Source of the DNA: Zestosphaera tikiterensis
Lineage (GTDB): Archaea > Thermoproteota > Thermoprotei_A > Sulfolobales > NBVN01
Reading direction: 5' to 3'
Assembly: GCA_003056265.1 (NCBI GenBank)
Contig: NBVN01000002.1
Span: 570,001 to 602,000 of the forward strand
DNA: 32,000 nucleotides
Below are positions 1-7,946 of this stretch, piece by piece. The notes below the pieces were generated by a model. That model searched no databases, had not been told where the DNA came from, and saw only the letters and a program-made list of their open reading frames with translations. The translations under genes and the position numbers were made by a program. Each line of letters starts with the position of its first letter. The stretch's first letter is position 1.

Positions 1-20
1 TTAAGTAGGTTAAGTTTGAA

Positions 21-71
21 GTGATGAGCGTATTTAAAATCTGAGTTCGTGATGTAGTGGCGGCTGTCTGA
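21..71 (+). ncRNA. C/D box sRNA (2'-O-methylation guide RNA), candidate
   Basis: Read directly from the sequence. C box GTGATGA 21-27, 13-nt spacer GCGTATTTAAAAT, D' box CTGA 41-44, 4-nt linker, C' box GTGATGT 49-55, 12-nt spacer AGTGGCGGCTGT, D box CTGA 68-71. Total about 51 nt, which is the canonical archaeal C-N12-D'-linker-C'-N12-D layout. It lies in non-coding DNA beyond the stop of the convergent MBL gene. Confidence 0.75.
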
Positions 72-88
72 GCTTTCCACACCTCCGA

Positions 89-985
89 CTAAGCTTTTTT
101 AATAAGTAGTTTATTGTTAACGACGTCAGCGTTTATTAAGCCTTCATCCATTAACCAAGATATGTATGAACTAACTGCGGATTTAAGAAGTATATAGGAG
201 GGTATGTTCGCTACCTTAACGTTTAAGTTCTTGAATACCTTATCAAGCATCTCCTCGAAAGACACCGGTCCCCAACCAATAACCTCAAGTAACTTACTCC
301 TGACGTTCTCTATAGCTTTCATGTTCTCACTTATCTCGGTTAAAGCTTCAGAAGGTGAGGATACTTTACCATGTGAAGGCACTATAAACCTGTAATTAAG
401 TACTACGTTACTAAGCATGTTTAACGTCTTCCAAGCCCCCTTAACGTCTATGTGATACGGTATTACATACTTCGACAGGATCTCTATAGAGAAGAAAGCG
501 TCAGCCGAAAATAACACGCCGTCTTTAGAGAATCCTAACATACCTAAGGAATGCCCAGATAGGTTTAAAACCTCCAAGCCTAATTCACCCTCAACTTCAC
601 TTATGTCATGAACTTTAACACCTTTAGCTACAAGTAACTTAGACTTTAAACGCTCCGGCGGCATACTGCCGTAGAGATATATAGCTTCAATTAACGGCAG
701 CTCAATGAACGGCTTCTCGTAGGGACTTGCGTATACGTCGACGCCTAACCTCTTAACTAAGATTTCATTACCGCCTATATGGTCGGCGTGTGAATGCGTG
801 TTTATCACAGCCCTTAAGTTAAGTCCTAAACTTCTTAAGATGTTGTGGATCTTCCTACCGTAATCCTCATCTAAGCCGGTGTCGATAACGACACACTCCT
901 TCTGATCTAATTTAATTAAACCTACGTTGGTCCTACCAGGTATGACATAAACGTTTTCTGAAAGTTTTAAAACATTTGAAGACAT
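89..985 (-). CDS. MBL-fold metallo-hydrolase (beta-lactamase-like)
   Basis: 298-aa ORF with the HxHxDH metal motif (THSHADHIGG) and later conserved His/Asp positions (LSGHS, SADAF). Substrate not inferable. Confidence 0.85.
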   Translation of the reverse strand: MSSNVLKLSENVYVIPGRTNVGLIKLDQKECVVIDTGLDEDYGRKIHNILRSLGLNLRAVINTHSHADHIGGNEILVKRLGVDVYASPYEKPFIELPLIEAIYLYGSMPPERLKSKLLVAKGVKVHDISEVEGELGLEVLNLSGHSLGMLGFSKDGVLFSADAFFSIEILSKYVIPYHIDVKGAWKTLNMLSNVVLNYRFIVPSHGKVSSPSEALTEISENMKAIENVRSKLLEVIGWGPVSFEEMLDKVFKNLNVKVANIPSYILLKSAVSSYISWLMDEGLINADVVNNKLLIKKA

Positions 986-1062
986 TCAACTAACGCCTCC
1001 TTACTATAAAAGGTATTTTGAGTTTAATAGCTTAATAAACGTACTAACCGATGGTGTAGTAA

Positions 1063-1377
1063 GTGAGTGTGGATAGGGAGGCATTACTGCGTAGGCTTAA
1101 GGAAGCTGAAGACATACTTAAGAAGGTTGAGGTTCCCGGCTTCGACGTTGACGTAGTAAGTTCTGGAGTCGTTCAGAAATTAAGGATCTCAACAGACGGT
1201 AGGAAGCTAGTTGTATATGTAGACTTCAGAAGCAGCGATCCCAACTGCGGTTTCTGCAAGTTTATAAACCATACGTTATGGACAACCATAGCTAAGGAGA
1301 TAAAAAACGCTTTAATCAATGAAGGATTCACGGAGGTTTTAGTCGTTGATTCAGCTTCCGGAGCATTGCTTGAATAA
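1063..1377 (+). CDS. Small DUF59/MIP18-like protein (possible Fe-S cluster assembly accessory)
   Basis: 104-aa ORF with a GTG start. PGFDVDVVSSGVV...VYVDF...CGFC resembles the DUF59 pattern (pairing-strand motif plus Cys). Assignment is from pattern memory only. Confidence 0.5.
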   Translation: MSVDREALLRRLKEAEDILKKVEVPGFDVDVVSSGVVQKLRISTDGRKLVVYVDFRSSDPNCGFCKFINHTLWTTIAKEIKNALINEGFTEVLVVDSASGALLE

Positions 1378-1403
1378 CGGTAAGTACGCGCGTGTGAGGT
1401 AAG

Positions 1404-2015
1404 GTGGTTGAAATGCTTGACTTCCTACTAAACCTACTCACGATATATGTTAAGGTTTTCGCTATAATAGATCCTTTCGCGGCTATACCTACATACTTAA
1501 CCCTTACTGAAGACTTCGATGAGAGGAGAAGGAATGAAATAATACGTAAGGCTTTCGTAGCTATGACGTTTATGGTCATCGTATTTACTTTAATGGGTGT
1601 TTGGATACTGAATTTCTTCGGCATAACTATAAACTCCTTGCGGGTGGCTGGAGGTTCCATACTTGTGGTTTTAGCTTTTGACATGCTGGGTGAGGCGCCG
1701 AGGTCTAAAAAACTTGAGCCTGGCGAAATAGCTGTAATGCCTATAGCTACACCGCTACTCGTAGGTCCTGGCACGATGACGACTATAATACTTTCAACGC
1801 TTGAGAACCCTTCTATCTCAGGTTACCTAACAGTCTTAACGGCTTCGTTGATGGCTGTAGCGACAGCAACTATCATACTTAAGTACTCTGAATTCCTAGT
1901 TAAGAAGTTAAGTAAGTCCTTCATTAAGGGTTTAGGTAGGTTTATGACTATAATAATAGCTGCTACAGGTTTTGAAATGATTAAAGCCGGTGTTATGGGT
2001 TGGCTCTCCGGGTGA
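1404..2015 (+). CDS. MarC family (UPF0056) integral membrane protein
   Basis: 203 aa with about 6 hydrophobic segments and an N-terminal IIDPFAAIPTYL motif typical of MarC/UPF0056. The start may instead be ATG 1413, after GAGGTAAGGTGG. Confidence 0.75.
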   Translation: MVEMLDFLLNLLTIYVKVFAIIDPFAAIPTYLTLTEDFDERRRNEIIRKAFVAMTFMVIVFTLMGVWILNFFGITINSLRVAGGSILVVLAFDMLGEAPRSKKLEPGEIAVMPIATPLLVGPGTMTTIILSTLENPSISGYLTVLTASLMAVATATIILKYSEFLVKKLSKSFIKGLGRFMTIIIAATGFEMIKAGVMGWLSG

Positions 2016-2119
2016 GAGAACTGCTTTACTCGATTATGAAGGAAGGTTATCACGGTCTTCGTCTTAATTAAAAATTTTAGTAGGTAGAGATACCACACCT
2101 TAATAATGGATTTTAAAGC

Positions 2120-2126
2120 TTATAAA
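2120..2126 (+). promoter_or_regulatory. TATA-like box upstream of the small-membrane-protein/cstA pair
   Basis: TTATAAA is centred about 27-30 nt upstream of GTG 2153. This fits a leaderless or short-leader archaeal promoter. Confidence 0.35.
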
Positions 2127-2152
2127 CGTGCCTAGCAATAATATTACATGAG

Positions 2153-2407
2153 GTGTTCCCTACGAGCGGTAAGGAAGCCCTAGGGTTATTTTTAACGGTT
2201 TTAGCGTTAGCGATATTCGTCTATGAAATACTTTACGTAGGTCTCTTCATAGGGACGATAGGAGTTAAAGGATCCGTAGCTACAGACGCGGTCTTAATAA
2301 GTTTTGGGTGGTTGCTGATTTTAATAGGTCCTGCGCTATGGCTTGGTGAGGTTCCAACGAACGTTAAGAAGCTAATTGAAGCTAAGACAGGTAGGAAGTT
2401 AAGTTGA
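2153..2407 (+). CDS. Small 2-3 TM membrane protein, unknown function, immediately upstream of cstA
   Basis: 84-aa ORF made almost entirely of hydrophobic helices. It ends 8 nt before cstA, whose start is preceded by GAGGTGAGG. Confidence 0.5.
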   Translation: MFPTSGKEALGLFLTVLALAIFVYEILYVGLFIGTIGVKGSVATDAVLISFGWLLILIGPALWLGEVPTNVKKLIEAKTGRKLS

Positions 2408-2415
2408 GGTGAGGT

Positions 2416-4251
2416 ATGATGTACGTGATTGTCATACTGTTAGTCGTTTTAGCTATTTACGGCCTTGCTTACGTATTCTACGGCAAGAAAATACTTGAGC
2501 AGAAGGTAGTTAAGGCATCGCCTGAGAGGTTAACTCCCGCTTACGAACGTTTCGACGGTATAGACTACGTCCCAGCTAATAAATACGTCCTCTTCGGTCA
2601 TCACTTCGCATCTATAGCTGGTGCGGGCCCGATCGTAGGCCCGGCAACAGCGATGGTTTGGGGTTGGGGTCTACCCCTGATTTGGGTTCTCTTCGGCAAT
2701 ATATTCATAGGGGCTGTTCACGATTACCTAGCTATAATGGCTAGCGTTAGGCATGGAGGACTTTCAATAATGAGCATAAGCGAGGGTGTGATGGGTAGGA
2801 AGGCTAAGTACATCTTCCTAGCCTACGTGTGGTTCGCGCTCGTGTTGGTTTTAGCAGCTTTCTTAAGCGTTGCTTCAAGCACGTTCGTAGCTGTGCCTAC
2901 CGCGGCCACGATCTCAGTCCTCTTCATGCCTATAGCTTTACTTTTCGGGATGCTCGTCTATAGAACGGGCGTCAGCGTCAAGACAGGTACTTTAATAGCT
3001 TTAGTTCTTCTAGTGCTGGCGTTCTTCTACTCGCTTAACACGCCGCTCTACTTAACCTATGAGGCTTGGGTTGTTGTATTAACGCTGTATTCCATACTAG
3101 CTGCTGCGCTACCAGTATGGTATCTACTACAGCCTAGAGACTACATAAACGCTTACATGCTGTGGACTTTCGTAGCTCTAGCTATATTAGGTGCTTTAAT
3201 AATCCCTGAACTAATGTTTACAGGACCTATATACACGGGCTTCGCAGCCCCCGGCACCGTAATAGGTGCTTTACCAGGTACTTCAGCAGGTAAGGCTTTA
3301 ACAGCGTATTTCTGGCCTACAGTACCTTTAGTCATAGCTTGCGGCGCTCTCTCAGGCTTCCACTCAGTAGTGGGTTCCGGAACCACTTCAAAGCAGTTAG
3401 CTAACGAGTTAGATGCGTTGCTAGTTGGTTACGGAGGCATGTTAACTGAAGGAGCTGTTTCATCGCTGGCTGTCATAACTCCTATAGCTTTAGCCTGGTC
3501 TTTCGCTTCATTACAAGCCGCTACGGGAGCCCCCATAGCTAGTGCTTTACTGAAGGTCGGCATTAACGCTACGAAAACGCCTGTCATAACGGGATTAGCC
3601 GCTGCCGAAAGATTCTACACAGGTTATGGAATTGAGCAAGCACTTGCTTGGTCGAGGGTATTCGGTGCTACGTATTTCGAAACGTTCTTCGTTACGTTTA
3701 GGACGTTCGCTGCTTGGGCTTTATCAGGTTTCGTATTAACGACGCTCGACACTTCAAATAGGTTGGCTAGGTTTGCTTGGAGGGAATTCTTCGATTGGGT
3801 TAAGCCTAGAAGCGAGTCAGCTTATAAAGCGTTAACGAATAGGTGGGTTGCTTCAATAGTTGCTGTAGTCATAGGTGCTTTAATGGCTTACCCGAAAATA
3901 ACAGTTTACATACCTGAAACAGGGCAGACATTAACTGTCTACGCATATTCCGTCGTGTGGCCAGCCTTCGCAGGAACTAACCAGTTGTTAGCTGCGTTAG
4001 CTCTGTTAACAGGTGCTTTATGGGTTTACGCAATACTTAAAGTGAGGGGCGGGATTTCATGGCTTATTATGGTTCCAGCGATGTTCTTATGGGTTACTGT
4101 AACAGCAGGTTTGATTTGGTGGATGATCGCTGTCGTTCCTGGGTTGCCGACGTTATATCAGATAGGCGCTGGTAGCATCGTAGCTGTTAGCATAGTGTTG
4201 GACTTCCTACTGATAGGTCTTTTCGTAGCGGGTTTAAGAAGAGCTAAGTAG
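2416..4251 (+). CDS. cstA: Carbon starvation protein A family transporter (peptide/pyruvate uptake)
   Basis: 611-aa polytopic protein with the hallmark GHHFASIAGAGPIVGP motif near the N-terminus. Size and topology are typical of CstA. Confidence 0.9.
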   Translation: MMYVIVILLVVLAIYGLAYVFYGKKILEQKVVKASPERLTPAYERFDGIDYVPANKYVLFGHHFASIAGAGPIVGPATAMVWGWGLPLIWVLFGNIFIGAVHDYLAIMASVRHGGLSIMSISEGVMGRKAKYIFLAYVWFALVLVLAAFLSVASSTFVAVPTAATISVLFMPIALLFGMLVYRTGVSVKTGTLIALVLLVLAFFYSLNTPLYLTYEAWVVVLTLYSILAAALPVWYLLQPRDYINAYMLWTFVALAILGALIIPELMFTGPIYTGFAAPGTVIGALPGTSAGKALTAYFWPTVPLVIACGALSGFHSVVGSGTTSKQLANELDALLVGYGGMLTEGAVSSLAVITPIALAWSFASLQAATGAPIASALLKVGINATKTPVITGLAAAERFYTGYGIEQALAWSRVFGATYFETFFVTFRTFAAWALSGFVLTTLDTSNRLARFAWREFFDWVKPRSESAYKALTNRWVASIVAVVIGALMAYPKITVYIPETGQTLTVYAYSVVWPAFAGTNQLLAALALLTGALWVYAILKVRGGISWLIMVPAMFLWVTVTAGLIWWMIAVVPGLPTLYQIGAGSIVAVSIVLDFLLIGLFVAGLRRAK

Positions 4252-4278
4252 TTTTTAATAAGTAAAACTTACTTTTTA
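4252..4278 (+). terminator. Oligo-T tracts after cstA (possible archaeal terminator)
   Basis: T5 directly after the stop (4252-4256) and a second T5 at 4274-4278. Confidence 0.3.
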
Positions 4279-4315
4279 ATTAACTTACGACCTTCTAACT
4301 CGGGTGTATTAGGAA

Positions 4316-4612
4316 GTGGTGTTTAAACGTGTTTATAACGTGTTAAGAGAGTTTGTCAACTTCGTGAGAGGCGTTAATCAAGCCATAATTGAGGAAAGCG
4401 TTGGCGCTTTAGAGCTTGAGCATATGGAGTTAGAAGCAGCTTTTCTAACGTTAGTTATGGGTTCTTTAACAGGGGTTAAGACCATACCTACGTTACTTAG
4501 TTTAGAACTTTTAGAACCTCTTAAAGATGAGTTGAAGGTCTTAACTTCAAGGGCTGTTAAGGGTAAGGACGTCTTAGGGGATTTAATGTCTTCGTTGGGT
4601 GGTGAGTGGTGA
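4316..4612 (+). CDS. Small helical protein, unknown function (first gene of the ArsA-like module)
   Basis: 98-aa ORF with a GTG start. Its stop overlaps the next gene's start by 7 nt (GTGGTGA). I recognise no motif. Confidence 0.5.
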   Translation: MVFKRVYNVLREFVNFVRGVNQAIIEESVGALELEHMELEAAFLTLVMGSLTGVKTIPTLLSLELLEPLKDELKVLTSRAVKGKDVLGDLMSSLGGEW

Positions 4613-5571
4613 TAGACTTCTCATCCTTTCTTCAACCTCTTTCAGGTGAGCCCCACGTAGTTATAGTGTTGGGTAAGGGCGGGGTTGGTAAAACTTCAGT
4701 TTCGCTGACTATAGCTAGTGAGTTAAGCGAGTTAAGCGATACGTTGTTAGTGAGTTTCGACCCAGCTAAACACATTATGGAGTATTTAGATTTGCGGGAA
4801 CCCATGAAAGTAGTTAAGGTGAGGGGGAGGTTACACGCTTGCCAACTGGATATAGACCTTGCGGCTAAGGAAATAACTTCAAAGTACGTAGATCTACTTA
4901 ATGAGATCCTCCCTTCCTTAAGCGTTTTAAATCTGGAGGACGTCGTTAAAACCATGAAGTACGCGCCTGGAGTTGAGGAGGAAGTCTTCCTGAAGAGGTT
5001 GTTAGACATATATAGACGTAGTGAGTTTAAGTACGTAGTTATAGATACACCCCCTACCGGGATATCCCTTAGGACTTTAGCGTTGCCTAAGCTTTACATG
5101 ATCTGGGTTGAGAAACTTATTGAGGTTAGGGAGAGGATCGTATCTCTACGTTACGTGATTGCGAAGACTTTAGGTAGGAAGTATGAAGTTGATGACCCGG
5201 CTTTAAAGAAGTTATATGAGATTAGAGAGGATTATAAGTATTTAAACGAAGTTTTAAAGGATTTCTCAAGAACCTCATATGTTGTGGTGGCTAATCCGGA
5301 ACCCCTACCCGTCCATGAGATGAAGGAAGTGATATCTTTCTTAGAGGGGGAGCTGCGGGTTAAGCCTAAGCTTTTAGTGTTGAATAAAGTCCTCCCTAAG
5401 GAGGTTGCTGTTAAGTTAGGGGTTTATGAACAGCAAATCAAATACGTTAATGAGGTGGGGTCAATGCCATATAAATCCATTATGGTTGGGTACTTAAGCA
5501 ACGCCCCCTCAAAACTCGACGATATAGTTAAGCTTAAGGAGGCCTCAACAGTTTTAAGGGGAGGTGGTTGA
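4606..5571 (+). CDS. ArsA/Get3-family deviant Walker A ATPase
   Basis: GKGGVGKTS P-loop, SFDPAKH (ArsA STDPAH-like), APGVEEE (PGxDE-like) and VIDTPPTGISLRTL (DTAPTGHTLRLL-like, His missing). Single-domain size of 321 aa. No CxxC zinc motif was seen. Confidence 0.8.
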   Translation: MVIDFSSFLQPLSGEPHVVIVLGKGGVGKTSVSLTIASELSELSDTLLVSFDPAKHIMEYLDLREPMKVVKVRGRLHACQLDIDLAAKEITSKYVDLLNEILPSLSVLNLEDVVKTMKYAPGVEEEVFLKRLLDIYRRSEFKYVVIDTPPTGISLRTLALPKLYMIWVEKLIEVRERIVSLRYVIAKTLGRKYEVDDPALKKLYEIREDYKYLNEVLKDFSRTSYVVVANPEPLPVHEMKEVISFLEGELRVKPKLLVLNKVLPKEVAVKLGVYEQQIKYVNEVGSMPYKSIMVGYLSNAPSKLDDIVKLKEASTVLRGGG

Positions 5572-6238
5572 GACGGATTTCCTCGACGTTATAGCCTTAT
5601 CTACCCTAATGATATTAACCGTAGCTATCGTCGTATGGTATTTTAGGATGAGGAAGAAGATGATAAAGTTTCTTAAGGAGTTTACAATTAAGCTTGAAGA
5701 GGTTTTAAAACCTAAGGATAAGGAGTACCGCCTCCTAGGCTATTTAGTGGGTTATAAGGCGTTCTTCACGTTGAGCGATGATAGCAAAGCTTACGTTTTA
5801 CTTACTACAGCACCTAGACTTTCACTTATTTACTACCCAATAGCTAGAGCTTTAGGTCACGAAGATAGAGTTACTATAGCGTTAGAACCCAGTAGAAGAA
5901 GGGTTGTGAGGGAAGCACATGCTGTGAAGGAAGGTGAGTCAAGACTTAAAGCTATATTAAGTAAGGACTTAGGTGAGGAGTTAAGCAGGTTAAGCACGAC
6001 TAAAGTTAACGTTAGGTGGGGCACTTATGAGATATTCTATGAAGATCCTAGGGACGTAGATCTCTTATTAGGGATAATCAACGACGAAACCATACCAATC
6101 TATAAGGTGTCAGCTTATAAAGGCCTGAACCTCACAGAGATAGTTTCTAAAGCTGAGGTAGGTAAGGTGGAATACCTATACGAGAAACTACGTGAATATA
6201 CGAAGAAAGTAACTAAATCAACGCAGCAGCAAGTTTAA
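5564..6238 (+). CDS. N-terminally membrane-anchored protein, unknown function (third gene of the ArsA-like module)
   Basis: 224 aa. One TM helix (LDVIALSTLMILTVAIVVWYF) followed by RMRKK, then a charged soluble domain. The GTG start overlaps the ArsA-like stop by 8 nt and is preceded by GGGGAGGTGG. Confidence 0.6.
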   Translation: MVETDFLDVIALSTLMILTVAIVVWYFRMRKKMIKFLKEFTIKLEEVLKPKDKEYRLLGYLVGYKAFFTLSDDSKAYVLLTTAPRLSLIYYPIARALGHEDRVTIALEPSRRRVVREAHAVKEGESRLKAILSKDLGEELSRLSTTKVNVRWGTYEIFYEDPRDVDLLLGIINDETIPIYKVSAYKGLNLTEIVSKAEVGKVEYLYEKLREYTKKVTKSTQQQV

Positions 6239-6423
6239 TAAAGCATAGTTTTAAAGTTAGGTAGATTCGATGTTTTAAAAGCTCTTTAAATTTCAGAGGG
6301 TTTCGTTAGGTGTGCTGTGGCTGAAGCTATTAACATCTCACGTGTTTGGTTTTTAATTTATGATGTACTTACTTCTCTATGTATGTCATTACTGTAGCGG
6401 TAATTCAAATATAAACTCATGTG

Positions 6424-6431
6424 TTTATACA
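6424..6431 (+). promoter_or_regulatory. TATA-like box upstream of the deoxyhypusine synthase gene
   Basis: TTTATACA is centred about 26 nt upstream of ATG 6454, consistent with a leaderless mRNA starting at that ATG. Confidence 0.35.
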
Positions 6432-6453
6432 TTTAAGAAAGTAGTTAGCTTTA

Positions 6454-7563
6454 ATGTTCATTTACATGAATTTACAAATGCTTAATAGCCCACTACGATT
6501 TAATGCGTGGTCAAGGTCTAAGATGCGTGGAGAGTACCCGTTCATAATGGGCGAGTTGAAAACGCTTGAGGCGTCTCGTAAGAACCTACATGAGCTTCTA
6601 TTGAAGATGGCTGACACAGCTTTTCAAGGAAGAGCTTTAGGTGAAGCATATCAAATATTGTTAGATATGTTTTCAGATAAGGACACTACGATATTCTTAG
6701 GTTTGGCTGGATCCATGAGTACTGCGGGGATGTGGAAGCTAATTAAGTGGTTGGTTGAGGAAAGGTTTGTTGACGTTGTTGTCTCCACCGGAGCTATAAT
6801 AAGTGAGGATATATATGAAGCTATGGGGTTTAAGTATTTTAAAACCTACCCATGCGTTGATGACGAAACCCTACTTAAGCATAAGATGGATAGGTTTTAC
6901 GACACAGTAGCTGACGAGATGAATTACAGGAAGATGGAGGGACTTATAAGGGAGTTTATAGAGACATTACCTCCGGACTCAATCTACTCTACGGCCGAGT
7001 TCCTACACCTTTTCGGCAAGTACCTCAACGAAAGAGGTATAGACTCCATAGTCTCAGCTGCTTACCGTTCTAAAGTGCCTGTGTTTTCACCGGCTTTAGT
7101 GGATAGCGGTTACGGTATGGGTGCGCTGATGGCCTACCGTAAAGGTCATAGGATAGTTTTAGATATGGTTAAAGACTTTCATCAAATCGTGGAGGTTGGC
7201 TACCGCTCGAATAAGCTTTCAGCTATATATATAGGGGGTGGGGTTCCTAAGGATTACGTAAACCTCGTGACGGTAGCTCAAACGTTAATAGCTGAGGAGG
7301 AGGGTAGGCACGACTTCTATAAATCTCTAGAGTATGTAGTGCAGTTCACTACGGACGCCCCTCAATGGGGTGGTTTAAGCGGCGCAACTTTAGAGGAGGC
7401 GGTGAGTTGGGGTAAGGTCTCGCCTAAAGCTAAGAAGAAAGTAGTGTATGTTGACGCAACTATAGCTTTGCCAATAGTTGTGCATGCGTTAATTGACGGC
7501 GGTGTAAAGAGGGTGGGTAGATACGACTCTAGTTGGTTGTTTAAAGGGTTAGGAGGTGAGTGA
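6454..7563 (+). CDS. dys: Deoxyhypusine synthase
   Basis: Conserved DHS blocks: [44 protein letters not shown] (catalytic Lys region) and [10 protein letters not shown]. The start is uncertain. ATG 6454 fits the TATA spacing, but ATG 6523 (MRGEYPF) would give a more typical length. Confidence 0.85.
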   Translation: MFIYMNLQMLNSPLRFNAWSRSKMRGEYPFIMGELKTLEASRKNLHELLLKMADTAFQGRALGEAYQILLDMFSDKDTTIFLGLAGSMSTAGMWKLIKWLVEERFVDVVVSTGAIISEDIYEAMGFKYFKTYPCVDDETLLKHKMDRFYDTVADEMNYRKMEGLIREFIETLPPDSIYSTAEFLHLFGKYLNERGIDSIVSAAYRSKVPVFSPALVDSGYGMGALMAYRKGHRIVLDMVKDFHQIVEVGYRSNKLSAIYIGGGVPKDYVNLVTVAQTLIAEEEGRHDFYKSLEYVVQFTTDAPQWGGLSGATLEEAVSWGKVSPKAKKKVVYVDATIALPIVVHALIDGGVKRVGRYDSSWLFKGLGGE

Positions 7564-7564
7564 G

Positions 7565-7939
7565 ATGGCATCTCAAGAAGACTTCATAGTTGGTAAGCAT
7601 TACTACGCCAACCTATACGATATAGACGTTAAAGCCGCTTCCGACGAGGAAGGTCTTCGGAAGGCAGTACTTGAGGCTGTGGACAGGGCTAAAATGCATC
7701 TAGTGGAGATCAAGTCTTGGAAGTTCGGAGGTAAGAAGGGAGGGGTTTCAGTAATAGCTTTAGTTGAGGAATCACATATAGCTGTGCATACATGGCTTGA
7801 GTATAGATACGCTACTGTAGATGTATATACTTGCGGCGAACAAAGCGATCCTTTAAAGGGTATTGAAGTGATTATAGAGTTCTTAAAGCCTAAGAACTAT
7901 AAGTTAATGTATGCGGATAGGTCGCAGATATCCGGTTAA
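7565..7939 (+). CDS. Pyruvoyl-dependent decarboxylase proenzyme of the SpeH/AdoMetDC class (either AdoMetDC or the crenarchaeal arginine decarboxylase paralog)
   Basis: [26 protein letters not shown] matches the self-processing E|S site and the HTWPE...FTCG core of small AdoMetDC proenzymes. ATG 7565 lies 1 nt after the DHS stop and is preceded by GGAGGTGAG. The ORF also opens at GTG 7556. Confidence 0.8.
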   Translation: MASQEDFIVGKHYYANLYDIDVKAASDEEGLRKAVLEAVDRAKMHLVEIKSWKFGGKKGGVSVIALVEESHIAVHTWLEYRYATVDVYTCGEQSDPLKGIEVIIEFLKPKNYKLMYADRSQISG

Positions 7940-7946
7940 AACCCGG

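Noticed and set aside
1328-1774. Long antisense ORFs opposite real genes. Examples are 1328-1774, 3153-3386, 4632-5009, 11320-11676, 15439-15747, 17746-18015, 19609-19887, 25242-25565, 28142-29137 and 30465-30740.
   Set aside because: Each lies entirely within a gene on the other strand that has strong family motifs. The translations are S/T/P/L-rich with no motifs, which is typical of shadow frames.
2584-2612. Other GTGATGA/ATGATGA matches inside coding regions. They occur at about 2588-2594 (minus strand), 10459, 10494, 10895, 11647 (minus strand), 15373, 16798 and 26644 (minus strand).
   Set aside because: I checked each for CTGA 12-13 nt downstream and none has it. They are chance heptamers within well-supported CDSs.
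6360-6485. 41-codon ORF (MMYLLLYVCHYCSGNS...) with a CxxC in the intergenic region upstream of dys
   Set aside because: It is AT-rich with no SD or well-spaced TATA box, and it overlaps the probable dys promoter and 5' end in another frame. There is no support beyond being open.
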